A stretch of 61,438 nucleotides of DNA, the filler included. It is 9 parts of 9 records of this genome, joined end to end, with 100 filler letters (N's around TTAATTAATTAA, not from the genome) between each part and the next. Parts side by side here need not be neighbours in the genome. Positions count along the whole stretch, not along the records: positions 1 to 4,504 come from SRR15195285_103; positions 4,605 to 13,614 come from SRR15195285_106; 7 more parts are not named here. One strand, written 5' to 3'. The translations under genes and the position numbers were made by a program. Positions 1 through 11,500 of this stretch are shown one piece after another. Every line of letters starts with the position of its first letter. Position 1 is the first letter of the stretch. The notes under the pieces are model-generated. The model was not told the origin of the DNA and ran no database searches. It was given only the letters and a program-made list of their open reading frames with translations.

Positions 1-302
1 CCCTATGGCGCCGTTTGTGGCGGTTTCCGCCCTTAACCAGCGGAAACCGCCACAAACGGCTCTGTGAGTACGCGTGCGGGGAACTGCTGATAAGTACCTG
101 TATAAATGCACTTGACTTGACTTGACTTGAGACTACCGATTCTAATCTGATACCTGGGCCACCAGCACCCCCACGACAGACGACTGGCTCGACTGCTGGC
201 TCGACTGGGTGTTTTGAACCCATGTCGCTTTGAACGCCGCCGAGCGATGGCAGCGCAGAGGTCTGTTTGAAAGGTAACGGCTGGTGACGGCTGAGGAGAG
301 CG

Positions 303-3300
303 ATGTCGGTGCTCGCGGGGCTCTTCGCGCAGGCGGAGGCGGGCGGCGGCGCAGAGCCCGCTGCGCTGCCGGCTCGCGGGTGTGATGGGACGTGGCGGTT
401 TGAGGTGCGGCTGGATCCGGCGGAGACCCAGGTGATCTGCTTTGACGAGCTGGTGGAGGTACCTTTCTTTCTCTGCTGAGACTCCTCCGCGCGATGCTGC
501 CACTGCGCAGTTTTGTTGGTTTTGTGCTGGAGACATGTACTGTTTGCTGCTGTGGCCGTCGAGCTCCTGCAACTCCTTTCGCTCCTTCAGCTCCGCGATT
601 TGTGTTGAAATCCTGTGCACCGATTTGAAAGCTGGCTGAGCGGTTCTTGATCGTCGGAGCAGCAGCAGCGCCGCTCATCGGCCGCGTCGATGCTGGACGC
701 CAGCGCGGCGAGCTCGAAGGCGAGCGAGCCGGACTCGGACAAGGGCTCGTGCTACGACTCGGAGGACTCATTCTTGGATGACGATGAGCTGGTGGCGGAG
801 CTGGAGCCCTCGAACATGAAGTCCAAGATCGGCGGGTTCTTCATTAACACGGGCACCATGGATGCCGAGGAGGATCCAGCATATGGGCAGCTCGGCGACC
901 ACTACGGCAGCAGCGGCAAGGCCGGTGGAGCGGGCGGCGGGAAGAAGCAGCAGCAGAAGAAGAAGGACGGCAAACAGAAAGAGGCCAAGAAGAAGGCACG
1001 GGACATGGCGACGGATCACGGCGCCAGCGGCAGCCAGAAGCGCCAGAAGCTGAGCGATTCACCCGGCGCGGTCGCCGCGGCGTCGTTGCCCTCCACAGCG
1101 ACGCCCGTGCCCGGCAGCGCCATGCCGGCTTCCGATAGTGATCCTATTGCAGGCAGCATTCCATCTGTGCCCGCGGATCGACAGCCGTCGCCCCGCGGCG
1201 GCTCAGGGCGTGGTGCTGACGCGAAGCCCAAGAAGAAGAAGGGTCCTCCACTACCTAAGATTCACGACGGAATTGCGGCACGCATCGAGGACTTACGCCG
1301 ATTGGTTGATAGCCGTGATAGCCAGAACGACGGTAAGTTCTCTACCGTGTACATGTCTTGGCACCGAAACAAGCCTTTCTCACAACTGCGGCGCGCTCGG
1401 CGCACAGGACTAGAGGATCTCAAGGTCCTCCCAGACTGGCTCGAAAAGCGCGCGAAAAAGATTGAGCGAGCGCTTCGTTTGCACATCGCCAAGCAGGCGG
1501 AATGGCAGAAAATGCGTGTCGACACACTGAAGCACATGCGCGAGTTGATGGCTCCGTGGAAGCTCACGGAAGCGCAGATGCGGAAAATTGGAGACCACGA
1601 CGCGGCAGATGATGAGGAATTCTCGAAGGAGCTGGGGGCAGACCTCTGCAAAACGCTTAAAGAAGCGGGACAGAAGCAGCTAGACGAGCACGCCGAGCGC
1701 GACGATGCAAAGGATGACGCATCTGATGCAGTATCGTCGCACGGTAACGAGTCTGGTGATGAAGACTCGTCTAGTCCTGGTGAGCATCCCACCGAGTTCT
1801 CAGCCGGCGACGCGCTTTCCACTCGTGGTATGGTTTGTACGGTAGTTTTCGACCATCGAGCAGCTATCATTTTCTGTCTCGGTGCTCAGGCGGGACGAGC
1901 CGGGGTGGCCGGAGCAAGCGGCAGCGCAAGGAAGTCTCGACGTTTGGCTACGACAGAGTCGCGACGAGCGCCTGCTTGTCCTTTACCTGGGTGCCGGATC
2001 ACATTTCCCGCTACAACGACTGCGTGGAGCTCATGTACGTTGGCGCGTGGTAGTTCGAGAGCTAGGTTCCTTGTAACTGTGTTCATTTGATCTTTTCGTG
2101 CAGGTACGATTCATACCTTTGTACGCACGGCAAGACGGGTAAGACGCAGAAAGACTTCGGCAAATCTGTCAGCCAGCTGCACAAGCGGCTTGCGAAGCAG
2201 ATGCCAAAAGAAATGTTTGAGAGCGATGCCGAGCAGCTGGAAAGGACGATCAAAGAGCAAGGCGCCAAGGACGTTTCGGACATCATGAAGGGCTTCCATG
2301 CAGACGTACGCTGTGTCACTTGCCCCATACGCAAACTTCTCCCATACTGGTAATTTCAAACTGTGAGATTTGATGCCTCTGCAGGTTGCCAAGCGCCTCG
2401 AGGCTGACAAACAAAAAGCGAAAGAGGTAGCTAACCTGCGAAAGCAGGAGGCTAAGCGTGAGATGGACATCAAGAAGCAAGAGAAGCAGGCGGCAAGAGA
2501 AGCAGCGGCTGCTGAGCGGCAGAAAGCACAAGCCGCGGCTGCGGCAGTCAGAGCACAGCAGGCGGCACAACAAAAAGCGCAGGCTGCAGCGTTGGCGGCA
2601 CAAAAAGCGCAAGCCGCGGCGGAGTCTGCGGCGCAGTCTGCGGTGAGAATGCAGGAGTCGCCGCAGTCGACAGAAGCAACAGTGGGTACCGGGGCTCCTG
2701 GCTCTACCAAGGGCTCGTCCCCGGCAGCATTGCATCGCCCAACGGCTGTGTTGGCACCGACGGTTGCACAGCAAAAGCAGCAGGCCTTTTTGCAGCAGCA
2801 GCAGCAGCAGGCGCACGTGCCGCCTAAGCGTTCGAAGGAAGAGAAGCTCGCGCGAATTGCGAGAGCAGCGGCTGCAAAGGCTAGCTCTTCCGGTTCTCCG
2901 GCCAGTGCTAGTACGGCCAAAGGTTCTCCTCCTGCGTCGGCTCCCGGCCGAAGCTCGGGTAAGTCACCAGAGGCAGAGGGCGAAAGAAGCCTTCTTCTTT
3001 CCGTTTCTCCTGCTGCGCCGAAAGCTGGCAATGGAGCACAGCCAGAGAAGGCAGCAAAGAAGCCGCGCAGTGTGAAGGAGCCATGGCAGAAGGAGAAACT
3101 CGCTGAAGGTGAGTCAAACCGATCATGCGTGACAACTGCATGAAAGCATCGGTTGCATAGCGCCACCTACAGGTTCGTCCTCAACCAGTTGCTGGGTGGC
3201 TGACATCGGCGGGCGTGTGCGTTGATAGCGTTTATCGTGAACGACCAAACGCCCACAGGCGAGGCGCTGGAGGCTTTGGCAGCGACAACGAAACTGTCTG

Positions 3301-3383
3301 CTTCGGAGATTAGGGAGTGGTTCTCTAGACGGCGCGCTGCACGCAAACGCAAGGCTGCAGCGGCAACGGAGCAGACAGGTTGA
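303..3383 (+). CDS. Ubinuclein/HPC2-like (HUN domain) histone H3.3 chaperone subunit with C-terminal homeodomain, ~807 aa, 7 exons
   Basis: Exons 303-458, 663-1332, 1408-1779, 1890-2034, 2104-2305, 2385-3108, 3229-3383 join in frame via GT-AG introns (2424 nt; first acceptor uncertain among tandem CAGs). HUN motif YDSEDSFLDDDEL...GGFFINTG; N-terminal RFEVRL...FDELV; last junction builds KKPRSVKEPWQKEKLAEAF...EIREWFSRRRAARKRK. Confidence 0.75.
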
Positions 3384-3596
3384 GCTGTGGCTTTGGAGTA
3401 AGGACGGGCGGTTCGGGCAGCAGTGCAGTACACAGATCAAATTCCAGTTGAAAAGAATGAAAACTTCGGCCTGCATTTTGCACCTCTCGGTCCCGGTTTT
3501 TGGCAAGCCTGAGGTACCACCCCCAGGCCTCCCCCAGCATCGAAAGCGCACCGCTGACAAGCCGTCGTCTCACAAGGTTACCTTGCTATGAGTGCC

Positions 3597-4415
3597 CTAC
3601 TTGGCGGCAGTTCCGGCGGCGGCCGGCTTGTCCTCCCGTCGCGGGGCGAAGCGCTGCGGCGGCGCCCGCTTGCGGCGGTTGGTGCGCGACCGCACGCGCA
3701 CGTAGTGCGAGTGGATCGCCGCAGAGATGGAGAAGTACATCTTGTGGTACAGCTTCGGGAGCGCGTACCCTTCGATGGCGGAGGCCTCAGAGATGTCACG
3801 GAACGACGCAGCGTCGACCATGTTGCGGACGACGTACCGCTTGACCGCCTTGTCCTGTAAGACAAACGAAAAGACGGAGCACTGGGTGAGTGGCTGATTG
3901 AGTGGCTGATCGAACGTGTATCCTACTGCTAGCCCCCCGCCCCCCCTTTCCCGCCGAATTTCCGATACAGCTGTTCCCGCGGCCGGGGTCCGGGCGAGGC
4001 AAGCAGGTGCCCCTCCTCCCAGGGGCCTGCGCTCTAGCCGCATGCCGTGTGTCGCAACCCCCGGGGGCGGCGGGGGCACGACGAGCGGCGCCGCGCCGGC
4101 TCCCTCGACAACGGCGAGAGAGGAGGCAGCGGGGCCGGGGTGGCACATCACCACCCGGCGCAACGCATGCGCCAGCCCCGCAGCGAACCCGCTCCAACCC
4201 GGACGGCGCCGCACCACGGCGCCCATCTCGCGGCGCAACGCAGAAAGAAGCAGAATGCCGCTGGCACACACAGACAGAGCCCACCCCGCAGGGGAGTCGA
4301 AACAGCCACTCACCTTCGGGATGCACTTGGAGCTGAGCGCGCAGCGCACGAACTTGACGTGCCCACGGGCCTTCGGCGGCTTGTTACGTCCGGTGGCGCG
4401 CCTCTTCTTGGTCAT
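3597..4415 (-). CDS. RPS26: 40S ribosomal protein S26 (eS26), 119 aa, 2 exons
   Basis: Exon 4415-4314 [25 protein letters not shown]...IPK, 459-nt GT-AG intron, exon 3854-3597 [14 protein letters not shown]...YALPKLY...[11 protein letters not shown]. Confidence 0.97.
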   Translation of the reverse strand: MTKKRRATGRNKPPKARGHVKFVRCALSSKCIPKVSGCFDSPAGWALSVCASGILLLSALRREMGAVVRRRPGWSGFAAGLAHALRRVVMCHPGPAASSLAVVEGAGAAPLVVPPPPPGVATHGMRLERRPLGGGAPACLARTPAAGTAVSEIRRERGGGGLAVGYTFDQPLNQPLTQCSVFSFVLQDKAVKRYVVRNMVDAASFRDISEASAIEGYALPKLYHKMYFSISAAIHSHYVRVRSRTNRRKRAPPQRFAPRREDKPAAAGTAAK

Positions 4416-4504
4416 CTCGGGCTGGTTAGGGGTTCTGGCGGTGCTGTCGGAGCCACCGCGGCTGAGCGCCGATCGAATCGCCGGCGGAAATCGCTATTAA
4501 TTCA

Positions 4505-4604
4505 NNNNNNNNNNNNNNNNNNNNNNNNNNNNNNNNNNNNNNNNNNNNTTAATTAATTAANNNNNNNNNNNNNNNNNNNNNNNNNNNNNNNNNNNNNNNN
4601 NNNN
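4505..4604. other. Artificial contig spacer
   Basis: 44 N + TTAATTAATTAA (stops in all frames) + 44 N; identical spacers recur 8 times. Confidence 0.99.
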
Positions 4605-5200
4605 AACGCCTCGTGTTCGCGCGCTGGGCGGCACGAATCTGTGTCTTGGGTTAATTTAACATATGGGCTTGTAAGATGCTCCTGCATGTCTACACTCATT
4701 TAGACATTGGAGTGCGTTTGCGTAGAAGAGTGCTGCCAATCTCCTTTCGTCCCTCCCCGTCTCCTCGTCACCCCTCATGGCATCTTCACACAGCCAGTAC
4801 CATCACTCGTGGGTCAGGTGCATGGCTGAAAACCATGAGAATGCCTCTCTTCGAGAGCTTAAAAGTACAAAGACCACTTAACTAGCACCGGGCAAAAGGC
4901 CTTATGCCGTGATAGATGTATTTGTATATTGATAGATACCTGATGGAACCTCAAACCAATTAGTATTGGCCCCTCAGCAGTGAGTTCTGGGTTTTGAAAA
5001 TTGGTTTCTGTCAATACCAGGCTATTTTGGGCATCTCGTCAACAGGTGCTACCAGAGCGTTGCTCGCGCTGTAACTCGTCACGGTGGGTGGGAGGGACCT
5101 ATTCCTTGTGACTGGACCGTTGGCTGCGCTCTGGGCCGCGCACTAGGGGTATTTCGTGGCCCAGTCTGATATTCATTTATGTCCCATGGCTCGGGATCCA

Positions 5201-7996
5201 CTACCGATTGAAACCATGTTGTCCATTTCGGAACACGTCAACGCGAAGCGCCGCTGGGCTAAGAACTGTGGCGTCGAGATCGCAAGATTTCAGCACAAAG
5301 ACTCGCCGCAAGGTACCCATCGGTGCGTTTGTACTATTGATTCTAGCGACTAGCGCAGAACTTCCTGGACCGAGACGCCAGGCCGTCCCGTCGGCAGGAA
5401 AAGGTAGAATGACTTCGCGCGAGCATTCAGACGATGTCATGCACCCGCCAATGTAGTGCCCATTCACCCAGAATTTGATGGATGATGCATTCCTGCCGTC
5501 CTTGAGGTACAGTTTGGAGGTAGTGTTGTCGCCAAACAACGGTGGACTGCTGCAATCGGTTTTGTTGTCGGTGCATGTATCGATGTCGTGCAATGCCCAC
5601 CAGCTCACGCCTTGGTATGGCAGACCGTTTGTGCGCTCCCACTCGTCTTCTGCGAGGCTTCCGCAGCGACCACACCAGTTCATATCGAAGCACCCGACTG
5701 CAGACCGATTCCATACTGAAGTGTGTGGATAGGTCGGTCGGAACCACTTGTCCTTCAACCCTATGTCAGAAGGATCCAGTGCCATGAACCAAAACAGAGG
5801 TGAGAGCATGTAGTCTGGCAACTGAGAGACAGGTGCGTCCCCAGTTGCTAAAAGTCCGAGAAGATCGCCACGCTCGTTCGCTTTCCCCAGGCCGAGATAA
5901 GTGTTGACGACATGTTGCCCAGCAATAGCCTGAGCTATTGCATGTAGAGCCCTTCCAGCAGCGATCATTTCTCCTGCTGGCACGGTCAAGTGGCTCACTG
6001 TGCGGCGGTAAATCCCAGCTGATGGAGTGGTTGCGTTAGCTGCTGTCGCCATTGCATCCGTGTAGGCCAAATGAGCTCGTGACTTAGCCACTCGAACGCA
6101 CGCAGCTTCGCTGATCACACCACAGTAGCTTTCTGCCTGCGTAAGCAATGCCGATGCCTGGCCGAGTACTGCTTTGCTGTACAAGCTTCCAGCCATTATA
6201 AATTGTGCTCGTTCAGCGCCTAAGTTGTGGTCATACTCAGCAATGCGCGCTAGGACGGCTGGATTCGTATAAACTCGCTGTGCAAATTTCCGCCAGAACG
6301 AATGGTAAGTTTGCATATATTTCGAAGCTTGTCCGAACCCACTGTAGTACTCCGACATTATGGCTGTTCGATTGGCTCTGGCTGGATCCCAAAGAGTCCG
6401 TGCCAACGCATAGTATGACGGTCCTACTGCAGCCCAGTCGCCAAGGAGTGAATCAAAATCTGCTGCATGCATCGCATTCTGACCACACCACTCGATGTCA
6501 TCCAGCCACTGTTCTGAGAAGACAAAAGGAAGTCCCGAGTATTCTGACCAAAGAGAATTCGGTCGAAGCGCCAAGCCTTTGGCACCCGCGGCCAGCCAGC
6601 CAGCCCAGCCAGCTCTTGACTCCGTCGAACTATTGTCTTCCACGGCCGAACCAAATCCCACGCTCAGGACTAAGACCTTTGATTCGTTGTCAAAGCGCTG
6701 CCGGAGCGGTGGATCTGTGTACGAAGCATACGCGTATGCACCAACCCAGCCCTCAGGATGACCAGCCTTTCGCAGTGCACGATGCACGGCATTCCAAAAG
6801 TAGGTGTATCGATCAGAAAGCCTCCCGTGAGGACTGTGTGCCCTCTCTGGTGGGTCAAGCTTCCGGCACTTCGCACAGGTACAGTAGCCAGCATCATAAT
6901 CGTCTTCGCACGCTGAGACCCCAATCTGACCCGAGTCGACGAACCCACCTGCAACATGCTTCGCCATCCCATCGGAACTTGGATCGACTTTGACGTACTG
7001 GGCATGGTTCATACAATCTGTCATCTTTTGGCACCCTCGGAAGCCGTCCTCGTGCAGAGCAAACCATGTTGGATGTGTTGCACCATACTTTTCCCACGCG
7101 CCCATGAATGCCTGTCCCCAAGGCACAACGTGCTGACCACCGAGGCCATTCCGCAACATCCACATTGCGTCCTCCTCCGCACTGCGTTCCACTGCCTCTG
7201 CTACACCATGCCATGTTGGCCCAAGTGCTTGCGTGAGTTCATGAGGGATTCCGGAAGCTGGGTCCGGCCGAATTCGTCTCAGTGCAATTCCTGGCACGGT
7301 CCGAATGAACACGTTGTTTGCAATAGTCAATGTACGGCTGGGCTTCGGCCGGACCACTCCATCTTCTCCCGGCCAAATCCACCTTACACCAAGAACCTCA
7401 CGAAGCAACGTGACGGCCGCGTAAAAGGTGCCGCCACGACACCCGCTCTGCGTCGAGGCAGCCATTGCGCCCACACATGCCGGAATGCCCGAGCCCAACG
7501 CCGAGCGGCACGCACTTGCAGCCACTGGAGAGCCGGAATCGTCGCCGAAAACGTACATGTCATTTCCAACGGTAGCCACTACTGCTTCTTCAGCGAGAAA
7601 TTGTCGCACTCGAACACCCGCCACTGCGCTACGTGTGGTGTTGCCAACAAATAGACGTGGCGAGAACGTCACCCCCTGGGACATCACGGGCTCGAACAGC
7701 AGAGGTGGTAGCGCAGCCATGTCACCGACAGTGATCATGGCTATCTCCCGACGCAGTTCTTGGGCTGCCAGGCGCTCGATACAATTCGGAATAGCTGGAA
7801 GCACCACCGATACATTGAGAAGTGACAACCCTGGTGGCTCCATCACGACCTTGTCGTGCAATTGTGGCTGCTGCACCATCGGTACTGCACGAAGCGTGGC
7901 TGTTTCGATGCTCAGTCGCAACAGCAGCAGCACTACTCGCGTAGTGCTCTGGCGAGTACATGTAGTGCTGTGTGCGCCATCCTGACACTGCAGCAT
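5201..7996 (-). CDS. Secreted DUF4838-like putative carbohydrate-active protein, 931 aa, intronless
   Basis: Hydrophobic leader VVLLLLRL; GH20b/GH67N-like N-terminus (LAAQELRREI...GTFYAAVTLLREVLGVRWIWPGEDG); HPTWFAL, GYCTCAKCRKLD, LSDRYTYFWNAV, YAYASYTDPP, YYALARTLWDP; C-terminal DPSDIGLKDKWF...YQGVSWW sugar-binding-like module. Confidence 0.7.
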   Translation of the reverse strand: MLQCQDGAHSTTCTRQSTTRVVLLLLRLSIETATLRAVPMVQQPQLHDKVVMEPPGLSLLNVSVVLPAIPNCIERLAAQELRREIAMITVGDMAALPPLLFEPVMSQGVTFSPRLFVGNTTRSAVAGVRVRQFLAEEAVVATVGNDMYVFGDDSGSPVAASACRSALGSGIPACVGAMAASTQSGCRGGTFYAAVTLLREVLGVRWIWPGEDGVVRPKPSRTLTIANNVFIRTVPGIALRRIRPDPASGIPHELTQALGPTWHGVAEAVERSAEEDAMWMLRNGLGGQHVVPWGQAFMGAWEKYGATHPTWFALHEDGFRGCQKMTDCMNHAQYVKVDPSSDGMAKHVAGGFVDSGQIGVSACEDDYDAGYCTCAKCRKLDPPERAHSPHGRLSDRYTYFWNAVHRALRKAGHPEGWVGAYAYASYTDPPLRQRFDNESKVLVLSVGFGSAVEDNSSTESRAGWAGWLAAGAKGLALRPNSLWSEYSGLPFVFSEQWLDDIEWCGQNAMHAADFDSLLGDWAAVGPSYYALARTLWDPARANRTAIMSEYYSGFGQASKYMQTYHSFWRKFAQRVYTNPAVLARIAEYDHNLGAERAQFIMAGSLYSKAVLGQASALLTQAESYCGVISEAACVRVAKSRAHLAYTDAMATAANATTPSAGIYRRTVSHLTVPAGEMIAAGRALHAIAQAIAGQHVVNTYLGLGKANERGDLLGLLATGDAPVSQLPDYMLSPLFWFMALDPSDIGLKDKWFRPTYPHTSVWNRSAVGCFDMNWCGRCGSLAEDEWERTNGLPYQGVSWWALHDIDTCTDNKTDCSSPPLFGDNTTSKLYLKDGRNASSIKFWVNGHYIGGCMTSSECSREVILPFPADGTAWRLGPGSSALVARINSTNAPMGTLRRVFVLKSCDLDATVLSPAALRVDVFRNGQHGFNR

Positions 7997-8134
7997 GGAC
8001 GGCTGCCCCTACATACAGTGCGTGGTAGCCGACCACGCGCCGGCAGGCGCGCGCGCGGGGCGCGCCGGACGGACGCGGATGGAGCGCGAGCGCGAGCACA
8101 CCGATAGTATGTTGCGTTCTACCACATGAGACGC

Positions 8135-8171
8135 TGATAGAGGGCATACGGCCGCCGTATGCCCTCTATCA
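8135..8171. repeat. Perfect 37-nt palindrome (18-bp arms, 1-nt centre)
   Basis: TGATAGAGGGCATACGGC-C-GCCGTATGCCCTCTATCA; flanking GACGC/GCGTC extend the stem. Confidence 0.95.
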
Positions 8172-8408
8172 AGGCGTCGGCTTTACGTTGACGAAAGGAA
8201 CCCGGCCTACACCTTCAATGTGGCCAAGTTTGCGCAGACGAGGGGCAAGCGCATCATTCTCACCCGAATGACCCCCTTCGACCACGAGTTCGATGAGCTG
8301 CATGCGCGTGTGTTGATCGGGCTCAACAAGCTCGGGGAGCCATGGATGGTGGGCGAGGTGATGCCAGCGGATTTGCCAGACAAGATCGTGGCGGGGATGG
8401 GGCTTTAG
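8172..8408 (+). pseudogene. ATG-less gene fragment, possibly the C-terminal half of a TIR-like domain
   Basis: Open frame RRRLYVDERNPAYTFNVAKFAQTRGKRIILTRMTPFDHEFDELHARVLIGLN...LPDKIVAGMGL* is protein-like; in-frame stop at 8127 and no ATG before its N-terminal part. TIR resemblance is by eye only. Confidence 0.3.
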
Positions 8409-8528
8409 CTGTGAGAGACGTGGATTTGTTGCCGGTGTGAAATATTGATCTCGCTACAGCCGGAGAACATTATTTTGCAACGCTCAGTATTTTACAACGC
8501 TAGATTGCCTTGCCAGCTCTGACCAACG

Positions 8529-11500
8529 TCAGACGTGTGCAGCCTCCACTACCAGCTGCTGAGCTAAGCTAGTCACGTTTGGGTCCGTGTCAGCGCTGGC
8601 ACCGTCGACCAATCGAGCTGCCGCGCGCGCCAGCGAACGCCACTGAGTCGTGCTGGTGCCACCGCGTGCTAGGCGCAGCGCAAGGTCGAGCACGAGAGAT
8701 TGGACCGCAGCGTCCGCACCATCCTGCGATGGGCACGGCCAAATGTGCTGGCGAGTTAGCAGCTATTCCAAAATGGTGGATAAACCGGGCCCAGTGGTGC
8801 CATGCCACGTGCATGGTTGCATCAAATCATTGAGAGTTCTGTTGTTTACCAGTGCGTTTGTGAGGGCGTCAACCGCATGCGGCTGGCCGAGCGTCTCCAG
8901 TGCCCGTGTGCTTGTGCTGGGAGTCTGCTTGACTAGCGCAACCAGACACGCTGCAGCCAGTTCACCGACCCCACCGTCCGCGTGGTCTGCGTGTGAATCA
9001 AGACGGCGCAAAACACGCTGAGCCAGAAAAAAAGCACCGCAAGTGATGTCGCACATTTTGGAGCTGTGATCGTACCGAGCAGCGCCAGCAGGCACTCCAT
9101 TGCGTCACAGAAGATCGCATTCCATCGATGCACATCATCGGCTTCATCATTATCGATCGAGAGCAGGCACAGCACAATTCCAAGCACAGACTCGAAGAAC
9201 GAGTCCACCTGGTTTTCGTATGCATAGTCCAACACCGCAACCAGGCTTTCGGCCAGCCCCAGAGAGTACAGCGTAGGGATGCAGCTACCACCGCTGCTGC
9301 CGCTTGCTTCGTCTGTGCCCATACTCATTGTCATAGTGCCACACTGCACGAGCGCCTCGATCAGTCGCAAGTTGTGTATATTGTTGTTCGGGTGGTCTAG
9401 CCGCAGAAACTGCACAGTAAGTGGCAATAGTCCGAGTGGTTCTGCCTCGATTGCCAATGCTGGTGACCGTTCCATCACAGCCGAAAGCAGCTTAAGAGCG
9501 TACAGCGGGATAGGATCCTCGTCAACCAGCAGCTCGGCCGCCTGAGGTAGGAATGCCTGCAGGCATGACAAAAGCACGGACGTCAGTTTGTGCAGCATTT
9601 CTGCCAGAAAGGTCAAGAATGGCCACAATGAATGAAATTTCAGCGTGTATGATTCGTGCAACAGCATCCATTGCAGCATCCATTGCTTCTTACCTCGCGC
9701 AGCAGTTTTTCCACTGTGGCCGTCGCCATCCTAGGGTCCATCCCTGTGGCTGCATCAGCAGTATCCTCCACTGGAGGAGGTGCCCCAGATGGCGTATACA
9801 GGGTTGGTTCATTCACGTAGGTCAACATGATGTCAGAAAACTTCTGCAATGCGAAGAAACGCGTGTCGCCGTCGTGTGTGCGGAGCAAGCATGCCAGTGC
9901 TGGGCAGAGGGACGTCAGTACCTGCACGACGTGACAACCGCACGGCATTGTGCAAAACCCATAAACGATACGGTGCTAGATATAGGTCTATGCGAGTGAA
10001 ACATACACACGCGCAAACAACAGGGACAGACAGACAGCCGGACAGACAGACGGACAGACGGACAGACAGACAGTCCGTGTGCATCTTACCGCTTCCCACT
10101 CCCTCAGCAAAGTGGGCGAGTGCTGAGTGAAGGCCTCGACCACCAGCAGCAATTCTGACTTGAACTTGTCCGCAGGGCCGAGCTTTCTTTTGGCAACGAT
10201 TTGCAGGAACTCTCCAAGCTGCATAAGCGTTTGAGTAGTCCCGAGCCGCGCTAGCAAATGCGGCGATGTTGTCAGGTGGTGCAACACTGTGAAATCAGAG
10301 CCGGCACTGCTCCCACTACCGGAAGAGGCGGGGCGCCCACGGGAACCGGGGCGCGAAGAGCCTGGTCTCTGCTGCAGCAACCGAGTCTGCTGCTCTAAAA
10401 CTGCCGGTGCCAGCTCGACTAAACCATTGGCAAGGCAGGTGGCACACTGGCGTGGGTAGTTGTCGGCATCGCGCAAAAGAACCTTCTCTAGAGTCGGCAG
10501 CAGCTTCGCTTCGCACGCGCGGGTCAGCCACCTCAGACCAACTTTTCGTGAACAAAGCAATGCCGCGAGCAAAGCCTTGCCTCTAATTGCAGCCGTGGCA
10601 TGCTCAGAAAGCTTAACTAGTGTCTGTGCAAGCGCTCGCTCAGACTCAAGCGACTTGACAAGACGGCTGCTTGGGTCCTGCAGTGCCTGTAAGAGGATTG
10701 TCAGAGCCGCCTGCTGAATCTTTGGGTGCGATTCTACCATCGCCTCCATCATCCATCGTACGCCATGCTTCTCCATCAGCGGTGCGACCAAAGAGAGGGA
10801 TGGACTGCGCTTGATCAACCGTGCGATGGCAGAGATGGCCGTTGAACGTAAGCCATCACTACTGCTGATGTTGACGACGGTGAGCAGCTCACTTACAGTG
10901 TCCGAACGGCAGAGCCTCACAAAATATTCTTGGGAGGCAGCAGTTGCCATGTTTTCTACGGCCTTGGCGGCATAGTGCTGCACGATTTCGTCTGTGTCCC
11001 TTAGGCAACGTACCAAGACGCCAAAAACATTACCAGGGACCGACCACACACTGCCACCAGCCGTCGCAGCAGAATCCTGCTTGTTCTGTGTCGCCACGTA
11101 AAACAGAAGCTCACCAAGAGTTGCGCACGAGCGGCGGCGCACTGCCTCGTGCTTATCCTGCACCATCGTGCTCAGCGCGTCGACCAGGCCCGCCTCACTG
11201 AGCTGCTCTGTGATGTAAGTCGCATGGCGGATCAGTAGTCCCATCGCTGTCGCTAGCCGCACTTTCAGTGTCGGCGACTTGAAAGCCTTCGCCATCTTGA
11301 CAAAAAGAGACATCAGTGAGCTGTTAATCAGGATGTTTGCAGCGTTTGTCTCAACACACAACGTCTCGAAGTACGCTAGTGTGTTGACCTTCTTCGCTAC
11401 CGGTACAGGGCCACCCACTGATCGGAAAATTGAAGTGAGAAACTGCTCGAGCTCTGCCGTGTCGTGCTCAGCTAAGGAAAGCATCTCCTCTAGTGTACGG

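Noticed and set aside
2111-3166. 351-aa antisense ORF and many other overlapping ORFs
   Set aside because: Shadow frames of GC-rich coding sequence with no domain signal.
3855-4313. 153-aa insertion in RPS26 implied by the 272-aa ORF
   Set aside because: Stop-free in-frame GT-AG intron; similar read-through introns at 1333-1407, 17734-17811, 32985-33083, 46621-46728 are expected at high GC.
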